Shown here piece after piece: positions 1 to 9,742 of a stretch of DNA of 64,000 nucleotides. Within the stretch, counting starts at the first letter, position 1, and every line of letters begins with the position of its first letter. Position numbers and translations under genes: made by a program. Below the pieces are notes generated by a model that was not told the origin of the DNA, did not search any database, and saw only the letters and a program-made list of their open reading frames with translations. This DNA is from an uncultured virus (IMG/VR IMGVR_UViG_3300025687_000023) (Duplodnaviria > Heunggongvirae > Uroviricota > Caudoviricetes), in the IMG/VR virus record IMGVR_UViG_3300025687_000023; one strand, written 5' to 3'.

Positions 1-2
1 AT

Positions 3-2474
3 GACTTTGATTGTCAGCATGTAATCTTTACAAATCCTCGACCATTTATCACAGTAGACCTAGACCAAAAGGGTGGCATCCCTCAACACATTCATGTGCC
101 TCACGGTTGCCGTCTAAGATTAATCTCGACAACAAATTTAGATAGTGCTACAATCCGCAAGATTACCGATTTAGCACGTTCTAAGTATAACCCTATCTCT
201 TTGACCTTTTTAAACAAAGGCACCTCTCAATTCACAACCTCGGGCGGAGAAGAGCATAAAATGGAGAACATGCGTGATGCTTCCATTCAAGAACAGTATA
301 TTCGAGATTATTTAAAAGATTATGACTTAGAAGAAGACTTGATGCGTCAAGTGCTTGAATTAAATACTAAATACAATATAGAGGTTGAGAAGAATGAAGA
401 AGTCCGAAGAAACGTCAAATGGAATATTAAAGAGATGGAGTTCTCAAATCTTTTCAATTATGGACAAGGGAATAGAATGGATTTTGATAATCTTTCTGGA
501 ACTGTTGGCATTTTTGGGAAGAACTACAGTGGGAAGTCTTCTGTTATTGATTCTGCTCTTTATGGCATTTTTGGCGGAACCTCCAAGTCCGAAAAGAAAA
601 ACGTTCACCTCGTCAATCAAAACAAAGACAAAGCCTCTATTAGAATGGTTGTGGAAGCAGATGGTCAAGAGTATCAAATTACTCGCAATCTTAATAAATC
701 TTATAAGACCGTCAAAGGAAAGTCCGTCGCTACTGCCTCTGGTGATCTTGATTTCCATAATCTCACTACCGATTCTTCGTGCAATGGGGATTCTGTAAAA
801 GACACTGAGGCTAACATAAGAAAGATCTTTGGTGCAATTGAAGACTTTATGATAACCTCAATGGCTTCTCAAATGGATTCTCTTTCTTTTATAAACGAAG
901 GCTCAACCAAGCGTAAGAATACACTTGCAAAATTTCTTGATTTGGATATCTTCGAACAAAAGTTAAATTTTGCAAAGAAAGATTCTTCCGAGATTTCTGC
1001 CCTAATCAAACGTCTCAAAGGAAAGAAGCTTGGAGAACTATTGGTTGCAAAGCAAGAAGAAGTTGAGGAGATTAATGATGATATAGACCAACAAACAGAT
1101 TTATGCAAAAAGCATACCAATCGTTATGAAGAGTTGTTAAAAGAATTAGCAGACATAGAACAAGAAATCAACTCTATTCCTCAACAAATTATTGACATTG
1201 ATGAGTTAGAAGATGAAGTTGATAGACTTGAAGTCGAGATTCACAAAGCAGGTGTCAAGGTCTCTGGTAACAAAATCACAATAAAAGAAAACCTATTAGT
1301 AATCGAACAAGCAGATATTACTGTAAGCTCCATAAATGAACACAGACTTGCGCAAATAATAGAGCAGTGTAGTGACTATGAAAAGACTTTAAAAGGCTAT
1401 CAAAAGGAACTAGAGGCTCTTAAAACAAAAGAAAAACAATCCATTAAGAAGATAAGCATGCTTCATGATCACGAGTATGATCCAAACTGCCAATTCTGTT
1501 CCAACAATAAATTTGTCAAAGATGCAACAAAAGCAAAAGATTATCTACCAACCCTTGAACAAGAAATTGAAGAGGTCGAGAAAATAATTGATGGTTATAA
1601 GTTAAAAATCTTTGGTCTTGACAAAGAGTCAGCTCAAAAAGAATTGCAAGTTCTTGATGATAATGTAAAGAAAAGAGATAAGTTTATTCAAATAAACAAA
1701 AACTTGGAGATAACAAACGAGTCTCTTGTGTCAAAAATCTCTCTTATGTGTAATCAAAAAGCTTCTCTCGAACAACAACGAGACGAATATAACCAAAACC
1801 GTCAAGCAATTGAGAATCTTTCTTCTCTTGTTAAAACAAAGAACGCTGTAAAACTAAAAATGAACGAAGCAAAAGAACGCAAGGAAAAGTGCGACAAGAA
1901 AATTCAAGACCTTCTTATTGAGCTTGGAGCTGTTAAAAGCACCATCAAGCGTTTAAATGTCGAAAAGAAAGAACAGGATGATCTCGAAGAATCTTTCATA
2001 GCTTATGAATTGTTTATGCGCTGTATGCATCCAAATGGAATTGCTTACGAAATTATCAAACAAAAGTTAGCTCTTATCAATGAGGAAATTCATAAATGTC
2101 TTGCAAACATTGTTGACTTTCAAGTTATGTTTGAGGAAGATGGAAACAATTTGGATATAAACATAAAGCATCCGAAGTATGATTCTCGACCTATCTCTAT
2201 GGGCTCAGGCGCTGAAAAGACCATAGCTGCTATGGCCATTCGTCTTGCTCTTATTGAGATAACGAACTTACCTAAGTCTACTTTGTTTATTATGGACGAA
2301 CCTGCTACGGCATTAGACCAAGAACACATGGAAGGTTTTGTTCGTTTAATTGATATGATAAAAGATAAGTTTAAAACTGTCTTGTTAATCTCTCACCTTG
2401 ATGTTCTAAAAGACTGTGTTGATAAAACCATAGACATACAAAAAGTTGGTGGTTATGCTAAAGTGAACTGCTAA
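3..2474 (+). CDS. SbcC/Rad50 (T4 gp46-like) ATPase, apparently fused to an upstream SbcD/Mre11-type region; 5'-partial
   Basis: Frame is open from base 3. Walker A GKNYSGKS, coiled coil with CQFC zinc hook, signature GSGAEK, Walker B FIMDE and D-loop ALD. About 140 aa precede the ATPase start (WNIKEMEFSNLFNY). Confidence 0.85.
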   Translation, partial: DFDCQHVIFTNPRPFITVDLDQKGGIPQHIHVPHGCRLRLISTTNLDSATIRKITDLARSKYNPISLTFLNKGTSQFTTSGGEEHKMENMRDASIQEQYIRDYLKDYDLEEDLMRQVLELNTKYNIEVEKNEEVRRNVKWNIKEMEFSNLFNYGQGNRMDFDNLSGTVGIFGKNYSGKSSVIDSALYGIFGGTSKSEKKNVHLVNQNKDKASIRMVVEADGQEYQITRNLNKSYKTVKGKSVATASGDLDFHNLTTDSSCNGDSVKDTEANIRKIFGAIEDFMITSMASQMDSLSFINEGSTKRKNTLAKFLDLDIFEQKLNFAKKDSSEISALIKRLKGKKLGELLVAKQEEVEEINDDIDQQTDLCKKHTNRYEELLKELADIEQEINSIPQQIIDIDELEDEVDRLEVEIHKAGVKVSGNKITIKENLLVIEQADITVSSINEHRLAQIIEQCSDYEKTLKGYQKELEALKTKEKQSIKKISMLHDHEYDPNCQFCSNNKFVKDATKAKDYLPTLEQEIEEVEKIIDGYKLKIFGLDKESAQKELQVLDDNVKKRDKFIQINKNLEITNESLVSKISLMCNQKASLEQQRDEYNQNRQAIENLSSLVKTKNAVKLKMNEAKERKEKCDKKIQDLLIELGAVKSTIKRLNVEKKEQDDLEESFIAYELFMRCMHPNGIAYEIIKQKLALINEEIHKCLANIVDFQVMFEEDGNNLDINIKHPKYDSRPISMGSGAEKTIAAMAIRLALIEITNLPKSTLFIMDEPATALDQEHMEGFVRLIDMIKDKFKTVLLISHLDVLKDCVDKTIDIQKVGGYAKVNC

Positions 2475-2483
2475 ATCTATTTT

Positions 2484-2523
2484 AAAAGCCTATTTAGTTT
2501 AAAAAGCTATTTAGGTTTTTTTC
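2484..2523 (+). terminator. Hairpin plus U-tract overlapping two CTATTTA motifs
   Basis: AAAAGCCTA...TAGGTTTTTTT stem; CTATTTA at 2490 and 2507. Confidence 0.55.
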
Positions 2524-2538
2524 TTTTGGAGATAGAGA

Positions 2539-2958
2539 ATGAAAATAACAAACAAACAATTAAAACAAATAATCAAAGAAGAACTTAATAAAGTTATCAA
2601 GGAGTCTTGGTTTTCTGATACGTATGGAATACCAAAAAATCATCCGGATGCGGGCATGTTTAATACTTATGAAGAATCTGGTAAAGAAGAAAAAATGAAT
2701 TCATTGTGGCAAATAGTGCAGTTTATCGTTAAAAGAGACGGAGCAAAGTTATTTAATGCTTATGCTCGTCCTGGACAGGAACGGGATCATGGCGATGGAC
2801 GAGTAACATTTCCTCTTATAGATTATGTAGAGAAAGCAAAAAAAATGGTCCCAGACTTATTTGATATAGATTATTGGGATTTTCTTAAATTTATTTCTCA
2901 TGAGAAAAGATATATAGAAGTGGAAGATGAATCAGGTTCAATTCTTAATTGGCCATGA
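2539..2958 (+). CDS. Hypothetical protein with MKITNKQLKQIIKEEL leader (putative internal head protein)
   Basis: GGAG RBS; shared N-terminal leader. Confidence 0.8.
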   Translation: MKITNKQLKQIIKEELNKVIKESWFSDTYGIPKNHPDAGMFNTYEESGKEEKMNSLWQIVQFIVKRDGAKLFNAYARPGQERDHGDGRVTFPLIDYVEKAKKMVPDLFDIDYWDFLKFISHEKRYIEVEDESGSILNWP

Positions 2959-2986
2959 TCCGTTTTTGACAATAAGAGGAATCAAA

Positions 2987-3265
2987 GTGAATAGAGAAGA
3001 ATTTTTAAAACTTGGAGAAAAAATGGAAGCCAAAGCAAAAGAAATGGATCTAAAAGAAAAGCTTTATCTTGACAATAAGAACAAAGGTATTCTTGATGCA
3101 ATTCAAGAGAAAGCAGTTTCTCGTAAGTTGCTTGTATTTATAGTAGCCACAGCTTTATTGTGGAACGCACAATTAGACCCTGAAACTTGGGGAATGATTG
3201 CAATGATTTACATCGGTGGCCAAACCGCCGTTGATTTTGCCAAAATGTGGAGACATGGACAATGA
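2987..3265 (+). CDS. Small membrane protein, holin-like
   Basis: SRK motif followed by two hydrophobic segments. GAGG RBS before GTG 2987; ATG 3023 is an alternative start. Confidence 0.5.
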   Translation: MNREEFLKLGEKMEAKAKEMDLKEKLYLDNKNKGILDAIQEKAVSRKLLVFIVATALLWNAQLDPETWGMIAMIYIGGQTAVDFAKMWRHGQ

Positions 3266-3555
3266 AAATAACAAACAAACAACTAAAACAAATAATTAAA
3301 GAAGAATTATCAAAAATTCTTTATGAAGCAGTAGATGAAGATAAGGTAGAAAGGGCATTTAGACATATAGTTTCTCTTCCCTTTTATAAATATGAATACA
3401 TCCCAGCAATCACTTCTGGTGAAGAAGCTGATTGGCCTTATCTACAAAAAGAACTTGAAAGTGAGATCCAATCAGCTGTGATAGAATTTCAATTAAATCC
3501 AGAAGAAAAGGTAGAACTTGACAGAAGACTAGAGCAAGAAGAAGAGCAATACTAG
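3262..3555 (+). CDS. Hypothetical acidic protein with MKITNKQLKQIIKEEL leader
   Basis: ATG 3262 overlaps upstream stop (ATGA); shared leader. Confidence 0.8.
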   Translation: MKITNKQLKQIIKEELSKILYEAVDEDKVERAFRHIVSLPFYKYEYIPAITSGEEADWPYLQKELESEIQSAVIEFQLNPEEKVELDRRLEQEEEQY

Positions 3556-3564
3556 GAAGCTATA

Positions 3565-3909
3565 ATGATTTGGCTAAGTAAAATAAAACGATGGATTATA
3601 GCTCATAAGAACTGGTTGGTTCTTATGGGTTTGTTCGTTTTGTCTTACATTCTCGGAAAGAAAGCAAACAAAAACTATCTTGAAATGGCAAACTTAGCTA
3701 AAGAACAATACAAAAAAGAAAACGAAGAACTTGAACGCTTGCAAAAAGCAAAAGAACTTCAAGAAAAAAAAGACAAAGAAAGAGCTGATAAAATTAGAGA
3801 AGCTTTAAGAAAAGAAAAAGAAAGAAAACTAAAAGACTTAGAAAACAAAAAAACAAATATTGACGATGTTTTTCAAGACATTGGAATAAAAAAAAATGAA
3901 AATAACTAA
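3565..3909 (+). CDS. N-terminal TM anchor plus coiled coil; inner-membrane spanin-like
   Basis: WLVLMGLFVLSYILG TM followed by K/E-rich coiled coil; near holin-like gene. Confidence 0.45.
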   Translation: MIWLSKIKRWIIAHKNWLVLMGLFVLSYILGKKANKNYLEMANLAKEQYKKENEELERLQKAKELQEKKDKERADKIREALRKEKERKLKDLENKKTNIDDVFQDIGIKKNENN

Positions 3910-4336
3910 TAAACAATTAAAACAAATTATTAAGGAAGAGTTGTCTTACATTCTTAATGAACAAGAAGATAACATTCAAAAACTTGCTCACTATATACGA
4001 AATGGAGATACAGAAGACTTAATTCATGGTTTAGAACTACTTGAAGCGGCTGAATTAGAACCATGGCATAGAGCTGATCTTTATCAGGCAATAAAATCAC
4101 ATGTAGATCCAATAAAAGAAAAAATGAAATCACTATCTTTAGAAATTTATGAGCTACGTAGCCAATCTTTAGGTCGAATGCAAACACAGTGGCCAGATAG
4201 CTATCTCCTTTCACAAACAGAAAAATTAGAAAAAGAATATAACCAATTGAAATCAGAACTTGATCTAATTGAACCAGTTCTTTCTAAATTTAAAACTCAT
4301 TCCATGGTCTACATTGATGATCTAACAATGGAGTAA
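3896..4336 (+). CDS. Hypothetical protein with MKITNKQLKQIIKEEL leader
   Basis: Shared leader ending ILNE. Confidence 0.8.
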   Translation: MKITNKQLKQIIKEELSYILNEQEDNIQKLAHYIRNGDTEDLIHGLELLEAAELEPWHRADLYQAIKSHVDPIKEKMKSLSLEIYELRSQSLGRMQTQWPDSYLLSQTEKLEKEYNQLKSELDLIEPVLSKFKTHSMVYIDDLTME

Positions 4337-4339
4337 CAA

Positions 4340-4735
4340 ATGATTTTATTATTACTTTCTACACTTGCTTGGGGACAAGTTCCCGAGTACACACAAATAG
4401 AGCAAGGTGAGCCTGCTCCATTCTCCGGTCGCCTCTTCAATGAGGAGGCATCGCAACTTATTGCTGATCAATTAGCTAATTGTGTTGAGAAGTGTCAAAT
4501 TGAAATGGACTATCAACTTGGCTTAGCTCTCGCAAAGAAAGAAGAAGAATTAAGACAAATAAAATCTCAACATAAATACGATAAAGAAGTTCTTCAACTT
4601 AAAATAGAAGCACAACAAGAAAGAATTGAAGAACTTGAAAAATTAAAAACACCACCAAAAAAACAACTTTGGTTTACTTTAGGACTAATTAGTGGAGTAG
4701 GAATTACAATTTCAATAGCAAAGGCGGTAAATTAA
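4340..4735 (+). CDS. Signal peptide, coiled coil and C-terminal TM; possible lysis/spanin-type envelope protein
   Basis: MILLLLSTLAWG signal, GEPAPFSG motif, C-terminal hydrophobic helix. Confidence 0.45.
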   Translation: MILLLLSTLAWGQVPEYTQIEQGEPAPFSGRLFNEEASQLIADQLANCVEKCQIEMDYQLGLALAKKEEELRQIKSQHKYDKEVLQLKIEAQQERIEELEKLKTPPKKQLWFTLGLISGVGITISIAKAVN

Positions 4736-5802
4736 TGCGAATAACAAAACAAGATATTAGAAGAATAATAAAAGAAGAATTAAAAAAAGTTCTTATGGAA
4801 GACTATTCGATTCTTAAAGACATGACTCCTGGTGATGCTGTAGCTTATATGGAACGTGAACTTAATGGAAAAACTTGGGTATTTTGGGACTTAGAAACTA
4901 TTGGCTTCTCAGGACAAATAACTCAATATGGAGCTATAGCTTTTAAAATTGATGATTTATCTGGGCCTCCTCCTGAACAACCTATATCAGAATTTGATGT
5001 TAATGTCGCCCTAAGCCAAGAAACCCTAAAAACACATGAAAATGAACAAAGAGTCTTAGCTAATCAAGAAGAATTAGATTCAAGATTCGAAAGTGATTGG
5101 GAAATGGGAATTTTGAATGATAAAGATTATGAATTATTACTTACAATAAGAAAGCAACATGATTTAGGAAGACCATATACAGTCCAAGACATGATAGATT
5201 ATACACATTATCAACCTACTGAAAATGACGTTGATGAGCAAACAGCATTAACAATGTTTTTAGAATGGTTAGAAAGTCTCGGAGATAACGTTTTATCTGT
5301 TGGGCATAACATTAAAACATTTGATAGAAAAAAAATAATTCTTGAAGGAGAAAAATTTAATATTGACACAACTGGTTTTGAAAATCTTGATATATTCGAC
5401 ACGGTCAATTTTCAAAGACAATTGTTTCAAAACATAGCAAGATTTCAAATGGAAAAAGGTAATGAAAAAATGTCTCGATTCTTTGATGAAAAAGAAAAGA
5501 AAGTAAAAGGAGAGATGCAAAAAGTTATGGCTTTTAATGGAAAGTTACAAAGAATGATGGACGTTTACGGACCAGGACCAGAGTATGTGCAATTACACAC
5601 AGCAATAGATGATACAAGACAATTGATAACTGCTTTCTTTAACATGTATAAAGAAGTAAGAAAAATGGTCCAAGGAACAGAATTGGGGATGTTTACTGGT
5701 GATATAGATGTTAAAAGAGCACAAAAAGAACTTGGTGTAGGAAAAGACATTAGTGACCCGCTAGACTTAAGCAGACGAATTTCAGACTTTAGGAGAGACT
5801 AG
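4735..5802 (+). CDS. DEDDh 3'-5' exonuclease (DnaQ-like) with MRITKQDIRRIIKEEL leader
   Basis: ExoI WDLETIG, ExoII GHNIKTFD, ExoIII HTAIDD. Confidence 0.8.
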   Translation: MRITKQDIRRIIKEELKKVLMEDYSILKDMTPGDAVAYMERELNGKTWVFWDLETIGFSGQITQYGAIAFKIDDLSGPPPEQPISEFDVNVALSQETLKTHENEQRVLANQEELDSRFESDWEMGILNDKDYELLLTIRKQHDLGRPYTVQDMIDYTHYQPTENDVDEQTALTMFLEWLESLGDNVLSVGHNIKTFDRKKIILEGEKFNIDTTGFENLDIFDTVNFQRQLFQNIARFQMEKGNEKMSRFFDEKEKKVKGEMQKVMAFNGKLQRMMDVYGPGPEYVQLHTAIDDTRQLITAFFNMYKEVRKMVQGTELGMFTGDIDVKRAQKELGVGKDISDPLDLSRRISDFRRD

Positions 5803-6446
5803 TGATAGTTTCGACACCGTATACCGAATGTTATGTGAAGAAATCATTTTTATCTGGTAATCCAAACTACGGTAAAGACGAAACTATTTTTGGTGTTTTA
5901 CAAGCAATAAGATTTATAAGAGCAAGAGCCCCTCTTTATATGGTTTATCTTCCATCAATGGGAGCTTTCTATGATAAAGTAGATCAATGTGCTATTTTTA
6001 ATAGAAAAGAAACACCAAACAAAGAGATTAAAATGCCGGATGTTGCATGGTGGGATTGCATATCAGATTACTGGCAAATGACCCAAATTCAAGGTCTACG
6101 AGGAATGGACGTAGAAATGTTCAACAGAGCTGGTCACAAATGGGAAGGCACTTATCTTTGGACCTGTGATCCACAAAGACCAAGAGAAACAAACGATCAC
6201 GGACAATCCGAATGCTGGCATGAGCACAAAACAAAAACTTATTTTTTTGATGATGAGACTGGTGTTCTATGTTGTGGACCAAACAACAAGATGAGGTTTT
6301 TAGACAATTCTTTAAGTCCAAAGAATTTAGAAACTCCATACTGGATGAAAGTCTATAGAGATATGGATTCACCAGAGAGAATAACACACGAAACTGATAA
6401 GGAGAAATATGGCAATTCAGAAAGGTGGAATTATGAAAAAGAATGA
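5802..6446 (+). CDS. Hypothetical phage protein
   Basis: 214-aa ORF, GGAG RBS, GTG start coupled to upstream stop. Confidence 0.7.
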   Translation: MIVSTPYTECYVKKSFLSGNPNYGKDETIFGVLQAIRFIRARAPLYMVYLPSMGAFYDKVDQCAIFNRKETPNKEIKMPDVAWWDCISDYWQMTQIQGLRGMDVEMFNRAGHKWEGTYLWTCDPQRPRETNDHGQSECWHEHKTKTYFFDDETGVLCCGPNNKMRFLDNSLSPKNLETPYWMKVYRDMDSPERITHETDKEKYGNSERWNYEKE

Positions 6447-6810
6447 TCCAAACTATGTTGTAAAAGTAGAAAAAGCAATTGCAGACAAATACGGTCAAGA
6501 AGCAATTGAAAACCCAAAGCGACACTGGACCGATGAAAAAGAAAAAGAATACGTAAAGCAACTAAAAGATCTTTACAAAGCCTCAAATGAAAAAGATGAC
6601 TTCCAAATTGAAGTTGGTGGCGTTTTTATTGCAGAGAAACTAATTACCAAAGAATCTAAACGTTCTTGCCCTACATGTAAGACTTATTCATTTAAATCAA
6701 ATGATGATGTTTATATGGCAAAATTTGATTGTTGTGAAAAATGTTATATCCAATGGGTTGAGGGACGAGAAGAACGATGGTTAAAAGGATGGAGACCAAC
6801 AAATGAGTAG
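6433..6810 (+). CDS. Hypothetical protein with C-terminal CxxC...CxxC zinc finger
   Basis: CPTC...CCEKC; start at MKKND. Confidence 0.7.
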   Translation: MKKNDPNYVVKVEKAIADKYGQEAIENPKRHWTDEKEKEYVKQLKDLYKASNEKDDFQIEVGGVFIAEKLITKESKRSCPTCKTYSFKSNDDVYMAKFDCCEKCYIQWVEGREERWLKGWRPTNE

Positions 6811-7357
6811 CACAACATTAGAAATTATACAAGGACTTTCACAAGCAGCCGCAAATGCTTATGACGGAGCACATGATAAAAGATTTACACCAGATGGTCA
6901 AGCTCGTACAATGGGTTTGAAAAGAGAAGAGGGTTGTCCTCTAATGGACAAACGAGTTATGGACGGCTTTAAAGTTCGTTTCTATGGTGACTCAATGATT
7001 CTTTCTTATCAAGCAGAAGTTTTACTTAAAGAAGTTTATGGAAGCAATTTTGAACAAGATATCGAATCAATGTTAAATCAAATAAAGAATTTCTTGCAAA
7101 AAGAATACAGAGCCGTTACAGGAAAGTCAGTTACTCTTACATCAAAAGGTGAGCCCAATATCCTTGTACAATCCACTTCAAGAGTTCGTAATTGGGTTGA
7201 GGCTCAACAACACTTCAAGATTGGTTCCATTGAATCTATGCCTATTCTTGAGCCTTCAATAGACCAGACAAGAGATGTTACAAGAAAGTTCTTAGAGCAA
7301 TTTTCTGATAAACGTCCGGCAAACGATAAACGCAAAAAAGGAGCGAATCAAAAATGA
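6803..7357 (+). CDS. Hypothetical protein
   Basis: 184-aa ORF with GGAG RBS, overlapping its neighbours. Confidence 0.7.
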   Translation: MSSTTLEIIQGLSQAAANAYDGAHDKRFTPDGQARTMGLKREEGCPLMDKRVMDGFKVRFYGDSMILSYQAEVLLKEVYGSNFEQDIESMLNQIKNFLQKEYRAVTGKSVTLTSKGEPNILVQSTSRVRNWVEAQQHFKIGSIESMPILEPSIDQTRDVTRKFLEQFSDKRPANDKRKKGANQK

Positions 7358-8097
7358 AAATAACAAACAATCAATTAAAACAGATAATTAAAGAAGAACT
7401 TAAGATAGTTTTAAATGAAGCTTTTGGAAGCAGTGAACAATATTCGATAAAAAATTGGCAAGAAATAGAGGGAAAAGATTATTTTGTCACTCCTTTTAAA
7501 AAAGGAGAATCTGTTATTGAAATGTATGCTAAAGATGATACTTCTTGGATAGATGACTTGATCGGTCCCGATAACTCTCAAAAAATTCAAAAGTTGTTCG
7601 GACAACAAACTGCGACTGAGTTTTTTGGAAAACCAAGTAATGGTGCGGCAGTTAACCAGTTTATAAGCTTGGTTCAGACGATGAATGAAGAATTTAAAGG
7701 CTATCCAGTAGGTAGTTTATACTTGGGCGGAGATACAAATATTTATGGTTTTCAAATCACTTATGACCCAGGTTCTGGATTTTCATTTGTTGATGACTCT
7801 GGTGCGTTAATAAGCCCTGTTCAAGCCGAGTCTCCCGATGGTCGTTTTTATTTTGAACCCGGATATACTTCGTTAGACTCGCTTTTTGGATATCGGCAAC
7901 ATGATTTGGAAAGTAGAGGAATAATAGAAGTGGAAGAAAATATAAGGACCCATGGCTATCGAGGCGGATCAAGCGGAACTCAAGTCGATGCAGTCACAAT
8001 AGATTTCAATAAACTAATGGAAGAATTGAACAATGGCAATCTTGCTGCTAGAGTTGATGAGAATGGGGATTACCACATTACTAATATAGGCTATTGA
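7354..8097 (+). CDS. Hypothetical protein with MKITNNQLKQIIKEEL leader
   Basis: Shared leader ending VLNE. Confidence 0.8.
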   Translation: MKITNNQLKQIIKEELKIVLNEAFGSSEQYSIKNWQEIEGKDYFVTPFKKGESVIEMYAKDDTSWIDDLIGPDNSQKIQKLFGQQTATEFFGKPSNGAAVNQFISLVQTMNEEFKGYPVGSLYLGGDTNIYGFQITYDPGSGFSFVDDSGALISPVQAESPDGRFYFEPGYTSLDSLFGYRQHDLESRGIIEVEENIRTHGYRGGSSGTQVDAVTIDFNKLMEELNNGNLAARVDENGDYHITNIGY

Positions 8098-9683
8098 TGT
8101 CTCTTCAATTATCAAAGCAAGAAATAATAAAAGAAATTCTTAAATCTGGAAAAGATCCTCTCTACTTTATAAACAACTATTGTAGGATCTCTCATCCTCT
8201 TAAGGGTTTAATTCCTTTTAATACCTATCCTTATCAAGACGAATTGATCAAGGACTTTAATGATTATCGTTTTACAGTTATTCTCAAAGCAAGACAGCTG
8301 GGTATCTCAACTATCTCGGCTGCTTATGCTGTATGGTTTATGCTATTTCACAAAGAAAAGAACATTCTTGTAATGGCAACCAAGTTCGGAACAGCAGCTA
8401 ACTTGGTAAAGAAAGTAAAAATGGTAATGAAAAACCTTCCTCCATGGATGGCTATTGCCGACATCACAATCGATAACAGAACCTCATTTGAATTATCAAA
8501 TGGTTCTACAATCAAAGCTGTCGGAACATCAGCAGACGCTGGTCGTTCTGAAGCCTTATCTTTGTTGATTATAGACGAGGCAGCACACGTTGATAACCTT
8601 GATGAACTTTGGGCAGGTCTTTACCCCACTCTATCAACAGGGGGTCGCTGCATAGCTTTATCAACACCTATGGGGGTTGGAAACTGGTTCCACAGAACTT
8701 ATGTTGATGCTGAGAATGGAGATAACGAATTTCACCCTGTCTCATTGCCTTGGGATGTTCATCCTGAACGTGACATGAAGTGGTTTGCAAAAGAAACCAA
8801 GAACATGTCAAGAAGACAGATAGCACAAGAACTTGAGTGTAATTTTAATACATCTGGTGAAACAGTTATTCACCCTGATGATATAGCTTGGTTATTTGAA
8901 CAACAACAAGAGCCTGAGTACAAAACAGGATGGGATAGAAACCTATGGATTTGGGAGAAGTATCAAGAAGGTGTTCCTTATCTTATGGTTGCAGACGTTG
9001 CTCGTGGAGATGGAGCAGACTCTTCCGTGTTTCACATCTTAAGAACAGATTCTATGAAAGTTGTTGCTGAATATCAAGGCAAACCCACAATGGATCACTT
9101 TGCACAAATCCTTGTTGATGCAGGAAAAGAATATGGAAACTGTCTTATGGTTATTGAAAACATAGGAATTGGAATTGCAGCTTGCGAGAAAGTAAGAGAT
9201 CTCGGATATCCAAATCTTTATTATTCAATCAAATCAACACACGAATTTGTTGATTCTCTTGAAGGAGAATACAATGACAGTGCAGTTATCGGGTTTACGA
9301 CCTCAGTTAAAACAAGACCTTTGATAGTTGCAAAGCTTGAAGAATACATAAGAAATAAATTGGTTAAACCAATGTCTTCTCGTTTATTTCATGAGGTAAA
9401 AACTTTTATTTGGAATAATGGCAAACCTCAAGCAATGCGTTCTTATCATGACGATTTGATAATGGCTCTTGCAATTGCTTGTTGGGTTAGAGACACAGCT
9501 TTGGAAGTTTCAGAGAAAGATAGGTTATATCAAGAAGCAATGATTTCGTCAATCAAATCCTCAACAACAACAATGAACACAGCCATTAAAGGAATGAGAG
9601 GATACACAGGAACTAAGACACAAGAATCTCTAGAAGAATTTCAAAAGACATATAAAGACTTTGCTTGGATTTTCAGAGGATAG
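8094..9683 (+). CDS. terL: Terminase large subunit (T4 gp17-like)
   Basis: YPYQ adenine motif, KARQLGIS Walker A, LIIDE Walker B, STP coupling motif, ADVARG...D and HDD nuclease motifs. Confidence 0.95.
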   Translation: MMSLQLSKQEIIKEILKSGKDPLYFINNYCRISHPLKGLIPFNTYPYQDELIKDFNDYRFTVILKARQLGISTISAAYAVWFMLFHKEKNILVMATKFGTAANLVKKVKMVMKNLPPWMAIADITIDNRTSFELSNGSTIKAVGTSADAGRSEALSLLIIDEAAHVDNLDELWAGLYPTLSTGGRCIALSTPMGVGNWFHRTYVDAENGDNEFHPVSLPWDVHPERDMKWFAKETKNMSRRQIAQELECNFNTSGETVIHPDDIAWLFEQQQEPEYKTGWDRNLWIWEKYQEGVPYLMVADVARGDGADSSVFHILRTDSMKVVAEYQGKPTMDHFAQILVDAGKEYGNCLMVIENIGIGIAACEKVRDLGYPNLYYSIKSTHEFVDSLEGEYNDSAVIGFTTSVKTRPLIVAKLEEYIRNKLVKPMSSRLFHEVKTFIWNNGKPQAMRSYHDDLIMALAIACWVRDTALEVSEKDRLYQEAMISSIKSSTTTMNTAIKGMRGYTGTKTQESLEEFQKTYKDFAWIFRG

Positions 9684-9684
9684 C

Positions 9685-9713
9685 TTGACATTAGCTTTAC
9701 TTTATGTTATAAT
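9685..9713 (+). promoter_or_regulatory. Consensus sigma70 promoter upstream of portal
   Basis: TTGACA-17-TATAAT with TG extended -10. Confidence 0.8.
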
Positions 9714-9717
9714 AGAA

Positions 9718-9724
9718 CTATTTA
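9718..9724 (+). promoter_or_regulatory. Putative late promoter CTATTTA (portal)
   Basis: Motif recurs 24-66 nt before many structural genes. Confidence 0.65.
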
Positions 9725-9742
9725 CTACGAAAAGGAATAGCT

